From: Geosiphon pyriformis uo1
Taxonomy: Eukaryota; Fungi; Glomeromycota
Assembly: GCA_016748015.1 (NCBI GenBank)
Contig: JAAOMT010000570.1
Coordinates: 314,043 to 378,042, forward strand
DNA length: 64,000 nt
Reading direction: 5' to 3'
The stretch's first letter is position 1, and each line of letters begins with the position of its first letter. A program made the translations under genes and the position numbers. The notes beneath the pieces were generated by a model. That model was not told the origin of the DNA and made no database searches. It saw nothing but the letters and a program-made list of their open reading frames with translations. Below, one piece after another: positions 10,319 to 21,949 of this stretch.

Positions 10319-11504
10319 TTTTTTTTTTAATATTTATTTATAAATTTTTATTCTTAATAAAATTTTTTATTTAATAATACTTTTTAAAATTAAAAAAACT
10401 AAAACAAGTTGTATTATAAATAATAATTATAGTTAAATTATTTAAAAATATTTTATATATATAGTTTTTAAAAATATAATTAAAAATCAAAACAACTGCA
10501 GTAATTTTTGTCAATATTAATAATATTATACCACAAATTTCATTATTCAATATTCTTAAAATAATTATTTTATGTTGTTATATATTAATTATATTCTTTT
10601 AATTTTATTGTTATTAAAAATTAAAATTTAATAAAGAATATATTTAATAAAAATTGGTATTATTATAAATATTAGAATTTAAATTATCTATAAATTAATA
10701 ATAATAAATTTTTGGTTTTTTATGTTTTTATAATTATATTTAAAACAAAAAAAAAGTTGTAATTTTTATATTTTTTAAAGTACTTAATAATATTTTTATT
10801 AATAAAATACTTACTACTTAATAAAATTTTATAAAAATTTTTTTTAAATAAAATAATTATTAATTAATTTTTTGTTAATTTTAGAACACTATTTTTGTTT
10901 TTAATTAAAAGTTTTTTTTCAAAGTTTTTTTTATTTGAAATAATTTTAGTATGGTTTTTGTCTTAATAATCAAATTTTTATTTTTTTTACTGTTGTTTAA
11001 ATAGCTAAAAAAAATCAAATTAGCCAAAAAACTAACTTTAAATCTTTATTATGTCTAATAACAATTATAACTATAAATAAATAAAAATTTATTATAAAAA
11101 ATAACACCAAAAACACATTAATCAGTTTTAATTTAAATTTGCTTTTAGTATTATGAATAAATTTTGGTTTTAATAAATTTTATAAATAATATAACAATAT
11201 TAACAATTTAAAAGTTTTGATAATTTAAAAATTTTGACAGATTAATTTTTTGTATAATAAACAAAAATTTAATAATAATAGTAAATAATACTTAATGTTT
11301 AATTTTTTTGGCATAATAACTAATTTATTTTGGTGTTTTTTATTTTTTTAGTAAACAATTTTAGTTTTTTAACTATTTTTTTATAATACTTTTGTATTTT
11401 TTATTAAATAATTTTTATTATAATTTTATCACTTTTTTTAATTAATTAGTAAATATATAATCACAATAAAAAATATAAAATAAAAATTAATATATTATTA
11501 ATAG

Positions 11505-12441
11505 TATTACTAATAAAAATTTAAAATATTATTTAGTATAAAAATATTTTTATAATTTCTATTATTAATTAGTATATATTATTATTTCAATTTATTAATT
11601 ATTATTTTATTAAATTGTACAATACACAAATTATGATAATTAGATTACACAATATCTCAAACTATATAATATTCAAAAAATTATTAAAATTTGTAAAAAT
11701 TTACTGAAATAATTAATAGTTTACTAAAATACCAAATAATTTGTAGAAATAACTTATAGTTTGTCAAAATGTATTTTTAATTTGACAAAATAATAACAAA
11801 AAAAAAAGTACAAGTTTATAGACTAGTATTACAACAAATTGTATAAAAGAAGTTTTTTTTAAGAAAATATATTCTAATTAGAATTTATCTTTACTAAAAA
11901 TATTTTTCTTGGTATTTATACAAATTATTTCAATAAAAACTACATTAAAAACAACAAATTTATAATTATTTTGCTTAAATATTCTGAATTTCAACTAACA
12001 TTTTGAAATTAATTAGCTACTAATTTTAATAATTTATTAGTAACTTCAAATCTAAACAAAAAACAATTTTTTAACAAAATTTTTTTTCTTTTACATTTCT
12101 TTTATTTATTTTTATTTTCTAAAAAAAATACATTAGGGTAGTCTACAAATAAGATTTCTGTAAAAGAGTTGACTTTTACAGTAAAATAACTACATATTTT
12201 TAGTAAGCTTTCAAATGAGTATTTTTTGGAAAAGAGTTGATTTTTATTAAAAAGTAATTATACAAATAACTGGCATAAAATTGGCTATTCTACTTATAAG
12301 TCTAATAGTTCAAATTATAAAAGATAATTTAAAGACAAATTCAGTTATTAGAAGTTTAATAACTTCTAATAATTAGGAATTAATAACATAATAACAATAA
12401 CAACAACATTTAAGAAAAGAGACCAAAAACTTTTAGTAATA
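11505..12441 (+). repeat. Solo LTR of Gypsy family A (opposite orientation, heavily decayed)
   Basis: Reverse complement of the family A LTR (e.g. caagtttatagactagtattacaac). Ends decayed to TAT...ATA. Perfect TSD ATAG (11501-11504 / 12442-12445). Confidence 0.88.
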
Positions 12442-13221
12442 ATAGCCATAATTAAGAATTACTGTTTTAATGTAATTAATAATATAATATTAATAATATG
12501 AATATAAATTTATAAAAGTTAAACAGTAAATAATTAAAACAATTTTTTTATTAAAAAAATATTTACTTTAAATATTAGATTCTAATTATTAAAGTTATTT
12601 AATAAGAATTAGTTTGAATTTTTTTCTTTTTTCTGTTTCTAATATTACTATATATATATATATTTATAATATAAGATTTTTAAAATTAATAATTTCTAAA
12701 TTATTAAAATTTCTGGTATTATTTAGTCTAATAATTTTTTATTTTGTTATTAATTACTTTATATTATATTTAATTTTTTCAGATTATTCTATAAATAATA
12801 TTGGTTATATTATTTAATATATTGGTTTTTAATTAATTTTTATTAGTTTAAAAACAAAATAAATTTGTTATGTATAAAGTTTGCTTTTCAAGTTTTTTTA
12901 AATATTGTCATTTAAATTGAACTTATTAATTTTATTTATTTTTTTACTTTTAAAATTGTTAAGTTTTTAATAATTTCAAAATTTATGTTTTTTTTTGTTG
13001 TTATTATTTTATAAAATATATTTAAAAATATTTCTGTTGTTAATATTAAAACAGTTTTTAATATTTTTGTTATTGTTTATTGTTTATTTTTATTTTTTTA
13101 CATTTTAATAAATGAAGTCCAAACACTGCCTAATGACAATACATCAAAATAATGATCTAAACTAAGTGTGAATCATGCTTTTCCTATACATGACTAGTCA
13201 TTCAAGCCAATCAGAACTACA

Positions 13222-16200
13222 TTACACACTCACATGTACAGAAACCGAATTACTTATATCTAAAAAAAACTGGCAGAAGCTGTGCAGCCCAAAACTAACA
13301 CCAAATGCATCATTAATACCAAGCAGTCTAATCACTTGGGCCAAAAACACTGACATGTCACCAGATACCAAGACAGAAATCAAACCATTGTGAGAGATTA
13401 GACCATATTTTTCTATATAGACACAATACTTGGAACAGATCAGCCAAATATTATTCCTAAAAGACAGACACAAACCACAAACAAACTCAACCACCTTACC
13501 AGATGCAACCTTAAAGTTGTCAAAGCAAGAAGTGGTCTTCTAGCACCAATTCATAAGCACAAAACCTTTGCACAGTAAGACAACAAGCTCCAAATCAGCC
13601 AAACAATTGGATAGCATTTGTGATACATGAGAGGAGGCATGAAACAAACCAGAAACAATTCTCCAAGTGAAGGCAAAATCAACAAACAACTAGAACTGAG
13701 CAGCTGCATCAAACACACAAGAGAAAACATGGTTCAACAACTCAATATTGCCACAATATAGACACACTACACTGGGATAACATCTATTATAGAGGTGTTT
13801 TTAAACAGCAACAGGTAGTCTATGATGTAAAGCTTTCATAAAATAAGAATAGAAGCCAGCCAAGCAGCAACTTGTGAAGCCAGCAGCCATGTGAGAGTTA
13901 AGATGCCAAACAAGAGATGACTTAAACCAATCAATATCTGGAAGAATACAACCATTTACAATTTTGGTGCCAAAGCCAACCTTCCAGCTTGCACAATAAA
14001 TAGACTGAAAAATATCATGAACAAAATGCCTAGAGTTTCCAGAAACAGTATTGCCATTAGCTAAAATAAAACATTTCTTGAGCTGGGAATGAAGAAGCTG
14101 GCCTGAATGAAAAGAAACACCAGCAAGCAAGTCAGCTCTATTATTACCCAGAACACCTAAGTGACTTTTGACCTTATGTCAGCCAATATCCAAATTCCTG
14201 TCACATATGATTCCAGCAATATGTTGATGTTCAACCCAACATTTGTTTCAAAAATCTGGAGCCAATAAAGATAATTTAGATTTATATACATCCAGTGCAG
14301 CTTGGCTGTCAGAGAATAGATGAACTGAACTTAAACTAGACATACACTCAAAAGCCAATGCAATGGCCTGAAGCTCTGCTAATGTAGAAAAAACCATGCC
14401 AAACACCTCCACTCCAAGACCCAAGTTAATGTCTTCGAAGAATGCAGCAGCACCAGTTTTCATATTTATGCTTCCCAAGCCACAAAGAGAACCATCCATG
14501 TACACAGAAAAATCAGAGACACTAAGACCAGACAACTGATTACGCACTGATCTAAATTCATGGGAATTAAGAATGTCTTTTACAGAAGTAGCAACCAGAG
14601 GGAATGAGCCAACATTAAAAGAACCAGCAACATGAAAATGTTGAACAGCAACAGCAAACTAGGCAGGAACAGGGCCACACAGGTCAAGCCTCTTCCACTA
14701 CTTGAAAGTTTTCCAATCAAAAACAGCACCATTTTGGCATTGAAGCTGCTCAACAAAAGCTATTCCATAACAACAAAGGGAGGGGAGACACCTGAAATAC
14801 ATTGACTTACCAAGGATCTCAGATAAAGAAATTCCATTCCAGAAGTGAAAAGCATTACAAACAAGATTGCCCAAGGATAGATCAAAGTCAAGAAAGACTC
14901 GAACCACACCCGCCAAGAAGTTGTTCAAAAGATTAACACTAATGCAAACCAGAAAACACAAGGGATGTACTGGATGCCAACTCGAGACCTGCAAGTCATG
15001 TGACCTATGCATAAACAACTGGCCCAAAATACCAACAGAATTAATGAAGCACGCCACAACAGCAACCTTGTTTTCGGCCTGGATTTGCTTAAAAGTCTTC
15101 AAGTCATAAAATGAAGAGTGGTATAAGACATCATTAGAAAAATTCAAAGGGAGACCCAACTTTAGTTTCAGGCCTTTTCAAATCAAAACATCTCACTTCT
15201 GGCACACACTAGCAGAAACAAAGCTAAACTAGGTCCTGTAACCAATAATAAGATGAAGAACTACTGAAACCAAGTAAGAAAACTGTTTGTCTGAAATCAC
15301 TTTTTTCAGTACTAAATTGGCAAAAAACTAAACATCAGAATGTGCTTTGGCTAGGCTAGGCTTAAACAATTCATCAGAAAAGAGAAAAACACCCAGATAA
15401 TGGTAAGACACCCCTTTTTTGACAATGGAAATAGGAGCATTACTGATAGATAAAAAAGGCACTGCTATTCTACAATTAATTGGAATTGCTATAGTCTTGT
15501 TATTGTTGATTGATATATCACTTAACCTGAAAAATTCACTGGCAATATTGAGAATGTATTGTGTGGCCACCTGACTAGAACCAACTCATATAGTGTCATT
15601 GACAAAAGCACCTGTAGCAAAAAAAGATGTAAAGCTATTCTGTGAATTCACATGACCAGATTTGGTAACATAATGCGAGTTCAGCCTGTAGCCACACATT
15701 GCCTCTTATCTCTTAACCTTGTACAGCAAAGTGCCATAAAAAATTCGCCAAAGGAGAAGTGAAAACACTTCTCTTTGATCCAAGTCATCACAAACACTAT
15801 AACCATTAGTCAACCCAAAATCAGTTATCACTCTGTTCATGCAGTCATTGTGAATATTCCCAAAAAAATCTTATAAAACTACTGCACATTTTAATTCTGA
15901 CCAAACTTCTTCTCAAATGTTTCCAGCCAACTGAATCATATGCTTTCCTCATGTCTTGTAAAACCAACCAAAGTTTGCAATTCTTTTCCAAAGCATCCTC
16001 AACCACTGAACCAATAGCAAAAATAGGAAACTGTGTTGTTGTACTTTTAAAGACCGAAAAATTGTCATCATGAAGAACATCATACTTACTACACACCAAA
16101 GAAATCCTGTTAGAGAGAATCTTGGAGAGAATTTTATGGGCAGTCTCAATCAGCACAATAGGTTAAGTATTCGTAAAAATTCCCTTCCAGTTGTAGGTTT

Positions 16201-17910
16201 AGAAATTATAGACACTCAGGTCTCTTTCCAAGGGTCTAAAACAGCCTTACAAACCAAATAAAAATTCAAAAGAACCAAAAGCAAATTCAGAACAGACCCA
16301 TCACAATGTTTCCATAGTTTATTTGAAATACCAGAAAGACTAGCAGCTTTATTATCAGACAAATCCAAAACCACACCAAAAAACTCATCTGTCTCAATTG
16401 GGTGCATAATATTCGAAAAGACATCATTAAAAACATACTCCAAAGGTTAAAACTGGTGATTCCAGTCATCCAAAACATCACCAACTACCATACACTTTCT
16501 GGTCCATCTCTTCATAATTCTATCAATGTAAAATTTAACCAAACCAGGTTCCAAAATAAAGTCCTCATTCACAACCAAATAATCCAATGTAACTTTGTGA
16601 AATGGTCTCTCAAGTACACTTCTAATAGTTTGGCTTTTATTTAACCTGAAGTTTTCTATTCTTTTGTTAATTGCCAGCTTGATCTGAGAATTCTGAGCAC
16701 ATTTCAATTCCATCATCTTAAGTGAACAATAATATTTTCTAATCTTTGCCAAAGCTGACCTGATGGCATCAAAATGAGATCCCAAAAGAAAAAAAAATTT
16801 GACAGCAGAAGCATTAACAGAATCCAAAGAGATCCAAATGTCCAAAAGGGAAACAAATTTATTCGATAACATAGAATATGAGGCCTTTACCAATTTAGAA
16901 ACCAAAAGTTCCAATCTATGAAAATGAGAAAAGCACTTGGTATAACCACCATCAAAATCTTTAAACCAGGTCTTTGAGAAAACTTTATTTGCCGAGAAGC
17001 AGACAGCTTTGTGAATAACACACCACATGCCATCCAAATCAGACAAACAGTGAAAATCTGCAAACTTGTTGGAAAACATGGCAAAATTCTTATGAGATAC
17101 ATTTCTATACCACTTCTATTTAACTTTATCAGCATTTTTGACATTAAACTTCTACTTGTCTCTATTGGCTTGAACACAAATAGCTCTCAAAACAGGATTC
17201 AAAATTCCACCAAGACCAATTGTAATTTGAACAGAACTGTGATCAGTATTAAAGAACTTGTCCACATTTACAACTTACTCATTTATCAAAGCATTACTCA
17301 AACTCTGTAAAACAAAAACAAAATCAATGGTCTTTTCAATGTCCCTGGAATTACTCCAAGTAGAAGCCTTAATGTAAAGACTATTAATTAATGCATTGAC
17401 TAAGCCAAGATCCACACATTTACTAAAGCTAGAACTATGTTTGTTTCCATTCTCATTGAAATCACCACCTAATATAACAAAAATACTCTTATTACAAGTC
17501 CTGGCTATAAAAGAGTTAACAAGACCAGTCTGAATCATATGCTTATCCTAAGAGACCTCTGCATACAAACCCAATACAGAGACAGATTGTTTGTTTTTGA
17601 ATAGTAAATGAACCATTAAGAGCCTATTTGGAATCTCAAAGATTTTTGAAACATGCTTGGCTAAATTTTTATTCATGATTAAAATGATACCTGTACCTAA
17701 AAACCCAGCATTCAGACCTAAAGTAAATACTCTCACACCAGAAAACTTATTCGTGATCCAAGACTTAACACTAGAGTGAAACTTAGTCTCAGTAACTATT
17801 GAAATGTCATTATTCAAAACTGTATATCACCTAATAATGTCTTCCTGCTTAGCAGGAACATTCATACCTCTAACGTTACAAGTAGTGATCTTCCAGGCTA
17901 AACTACTCAT
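13222..17910 (-). pseudogene. LINE ORF2 (APE-RT-RNase H), disrupted
   Basis: ATG at 17908-17910 overlaps the ORF1 stop (ATGA). Ordered domain fragments run down to ...SVSVHVSV*. Confidence 0.88.
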
Positions 17911-19801
17911 TGGGGAAAAGAATAGATTACCACACTACTGCCAAAACCAAAAGAGTCCAACTTATTTATTATTGTTTTAATTGAATTCTCTAGAACCAAC
18001 AAGCTAGCCTCTAGGCCATCTACTTTTACAGTTAAAACTCGGGAACCACTTGGAGAAATGTCATGGGTGACAGTAGTGACCACACTAGGCATAGGAGAAA
18101 CAAATAATGGAGTGTCAACAGCCATATCCAGCACAGAGTTATGCTCAGGAGTGGGTGAAACAACAAAACTTACTGATGAAACTGCCAACAATCTGTTCAG
18201 CTTACATAAAATATTGGCTATCTGGTCAAACACATTTTTAAATGAACACTTGAGAACACTAACACGTGAAGCTAAAATTGCAATCTCAGGCATTGAACTG
18301 CTGACTGGTCCTATGTCCATATTGGTTTCAACAAATAGTGTAAAAGACAAATTTTTAGGGGAGCCACTTATTACAAAAGCCCAAGTCATATCACCAAAGG
18401 AGACAAAACGAAACACAGGAGCTTGTTTTTTGGCATAGATGAGTGCAAGATGCCTTTTATCCAAATTGGAACAAAGAAATCTTTTTTTGAAATCCAGCCC
18501 AAAGGTTTTTTTATTATTGCTACATCCAGAGGAAACGTGACCAAAATTGCCACATACAATACACTTAGGAGATAATAAACCAGTCCAAATAAGATTGATA
18601 CCCTTAAACACCAGCATAGAGTGAATAGCAGTCTTTCTGGCTTCTTTAGAATCAAAGCATATGACAACACATCGGGTTTGTGCATAAAATACCAAATTTC
18701 TAAAAATACAGCAAGTCTTCCTACCATATGACTGGACCAGATTCGAGAGATTATGGGCAGTCATGTCCATCGGCAGAGTATATAGGAGAGTGCGATAGCT
18801 GTCCCTTAAATCTCACATTTGTTTGTCAGCATTGGCTTTGGCAACTCGCACCAAGTTCTTATTCAGCAAGATTAACCATTTGAATGCAACCAGGCCAGTG
18901 ATCTGAGAACTCTTAAACTTTACAAGTGCTTTCTATCAGAGACCAATCAACTGCATTTTGATTAAAAAAATTTTTTTATACTTGACCAAAGCTAATTCAA
19001 TTGCCAATTTGAGCAGATCAACCAGAATTTTCTTGATAATGATTTTCTGATCCAATCATATGCTGATCTTCTTTAGATCAGCATTGACAACAAGATTCTC
19101 AGACACAGCCAACTGTTTAGCCAAAGTGAGACTGAATTTAGACATAAAAGACGTCCTAACAATGTCTGGAAATTTTGATGAAGTCGACGCACCCCAAAAC
19201 CATCAACTTTATAGAACAGCTTTCTGACACCCTTGAGTTTGTCATGCAGAGTATTTCCAGGAATGGCCAACAAACCAATGTTGAGTGTGAAGGATTTAGT
19301 TGGTTCAAAGCAGAGTCTCTTTTTGATAGAAGTAACCAAATGAAAAGAGGATTCCAAAAGAACAGAGGGAGATAAGTTCATGTTAACATCATTAATAGCA
19401 GAGCCAAAATCACAGGGCCCCAAAGATAAAACCTTCACCATACCAGAGTTGAAGTGTTTAGTCTTTAGAGTGTTGGTACAAAAATCCAGTGGCCCATTAC
19501 TCTCACTGCCAGCACCGTAGTCTAAGTTCTTGTCCAACTTGTGTCTCAGCTTTTTTTTGAAAGAAATATCTATGTTTTTGTACTGGCTGGGCTTGCTTAT
19601 AGGTAATTTAAAAGATAAATCAGTTTCATCACCCAAGTGTTTGACTTTACTAAGTAAAACCTTTGATTTTTGCCTTAGACTACCACTTATAGAACTTGTA
19701 GCGGCACCTCTGGCCAATTTCTTCGTGGACATAATGTTGGCAACATCAGATGCCAAAGAGACAATAAAAAGATTAATGAGTTGAGAAATTGTGAAAACCA
19801 A
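17907..19801 (-). pseudogene. LINE ORF1 (nucleic-acid binding, zinc knuckle, coiled coil), disrupted
   Basis: ORFs 19073-19801 and 17907-18770. Confidence 0.8.
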
Positions 19802-20974
19802 GCAAAAGTAAAAGATGAAAACAGATGAAAAAACAAAAACTTCTTCAAAAATGCATTATTTCAGGAATTTGGAACATAGGAGAGAAAAAAGTTTTTTTTT
19901 TATTTTTGTTTATTTTTAAGTTTTTTAATATAATCATAAATATTTTTATTTTTTAATTAATATTAATAATTAAAAATAATATTAAAACTCTTTTTTTTAT
20001 TATTAAAAAAAAGTTATTGCTTTTTATAATATGTTTAAAACCAAGTTAATTAATCTTTTTTCTGGTTGTACAGTTTTTAAAATTTGTAAATTGGTCTTTT
20101 AAATTCATAATTATACTTATTTTATTTTTTATTTTCTTAATTTTACTTGATAATTAAAATTTGTAATTGTTATTTTTGGTTTTTAAAAAAATTTAAATGC
20201 TAGAATTATTAAAATTAATATTTTAAAAAAGTATTGTATTTAATAAAAAACCTCTAAATATTAATAATTTAAGTATCAAAGCTTTAATTACTTGGCTTTT
20301 AATTAAAAAAAATTTTTTTTTTTTCAAACTTTTTATATAAATTTGTAATTAATATTAAATTTTATGTAAAAATTGTTATTTTTTGATTTTTTGATTGTGT
20401 TTTTTGGTTTTTATTGTTATTAATAATTTTATAATTGGGTTTAAATTGGCTTTATTGGTTAGATTTATTGTTATATTTTGATATTTTTAATAATAAAATT
20501 GACTGTTATTTTTTTTATTTTACATACAAAATTAAAAATATTGTTTTAAACTTAAAAAAAATATTACTAAGTTTTATAAAAAATTAATAAATTTAGAATA
20601 AAATATAAGATTAAAATTAATAAAAATATAAATATTTTAAATATTAAAGTTAAAAAAAATTTTTATATTAAATAATAACTTTTTAAAAGCTTTAAATTTT
20701 TAAAATTAAATTAAATATAAATAAAATTATAAAATATATACAAAATGTTTTTTTAAAGTAAATTTTTCTTATTAAATTTAATATAATTTAAATTAAATTA
20801 AATATATGTTTAATTATATATAGAAAACACATAAATTATGTTTAATTTAAAACTTGTTTTAATTATATTATATTAAATAGTAATTAAATTTTGTTATATT
20901 AATTAATAAAAAAAATTTTAAATTAAAATCTAATTTTTAATTAATAATAATATACTTAATAATTTATAATCATT

Positions 20975-21044
20975 ATAAAACAGCTTTTTGTAAGGGTTTT
21001 GTTTTTAATGATTGGTTTTATAAGACTGTTTCTGTTTTCTATGA
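20975..21044 (+). mobile_element. LINE ORF2 C-terminal fragment (left part; interrupted by Gypsy B)
   Basis: Reads TAFCKGFVFNDWFYKTVSVFY, which continues as DLKVAGLEIVKFV after 31268. Confidence 0.75.
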
Positions 21045-21949
21045 TATTACTCATAGAATATAAAAAATATAATATTATTAGTCAGTAGATATTAGCCAAT
21101 CAGAAGTAGACGTAGTAAATATGGAATTCCAGAATTCCTTTCAGGAATTGCAGGATTCCAGGAATTTCAGGATTCCCCAACAAAGAATCACAGGATTCCA
21201 GAATTCCAGGATTCCTCTCAAAAGAATCACAGGATTCCAGGAATTCCAAGATTCTTATCATAAAGAATTGAGGAATTGAAAAATCTCAATTATGTATATA
21301 TAGCAGTAGGATTAGAAGCTAAAAAGACAGACCTCTCAGTTTTAGATTTAATCTAAGCAACATTTCAGTTTCCAATTATCAAATAAATAATTATTCAATA
21401 TCTCAACCCACTCTTTACTATCAACACTTCATATTAATAGTAATTGATACTTAATCACGCTGGAACAATAGATCTTAATTACGGCTATTAATGAAATATT
21501 AACATACCAAATTGCCTTGGCTTATTTTCTCTATTTTCTTTATTTTATTTTCTTTATTTTTTATTTTCTTTATTTTATTTTCTTTTTTTTTTGATTTTGT
21601 TGTTGTATACTAATTGATTAAAAGATTAAGCATTGAGTTATTGACATCAAGGATAGCCTGGTAAAAGACCCAGAAATAAGGGTAGGATTTTATATATATT
21701 ATTGGATAGCTTACCAGAAGGACACAACTGTCAGACTAAATCCAGCCACCACGCTGAGAAAAAAATTAGGAAAACTCTTGGAAAGATACATTTACTATCA
21801 ACACTATCAAATCTCTGTCCATTATACAAAGAACTCCATCAAAACCTTCAGATACAACACTTGCAAAACCCCATCCATGGAAGTAGCTTTTGAGCACTGA
21901 GTTATGGGTTTGTTATTTAATTCAACAGCAGAAATAATCACCTGTAACA
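21045..21949 (+). repeat. 5' LTR of Gypsy family B
   Basis: T(A)TTACTCATAG...CCTGTAACA. GGA(A)TTCC-type short repeat array at ~21120-21280. Confidence 0.95.

Larger units (their letters stand above)
13100..19891 (-). mobile_element. Near full-length degenerate LINE (ORF1 with CCHC; ORF2 APE-RT-RNase H-CCHC)
   Basis: ORF1 KCIVCGNFGHVSSGC. APE WKITTCNVRG, ILGGDFNE, IDFVF. RT QDMRKAYDSV, FVNDT. RNase H VYMDGS, AELQAI, FSDSQAA. A-rich 3' tail. Confidence 0.92.

Noticed and set aside
21460-21520. Hammerhead-like core in the family B LTR (ttgatgaaa)
   Set aside because: No CUGANGA/GAAA arrangement with three supporting stems.
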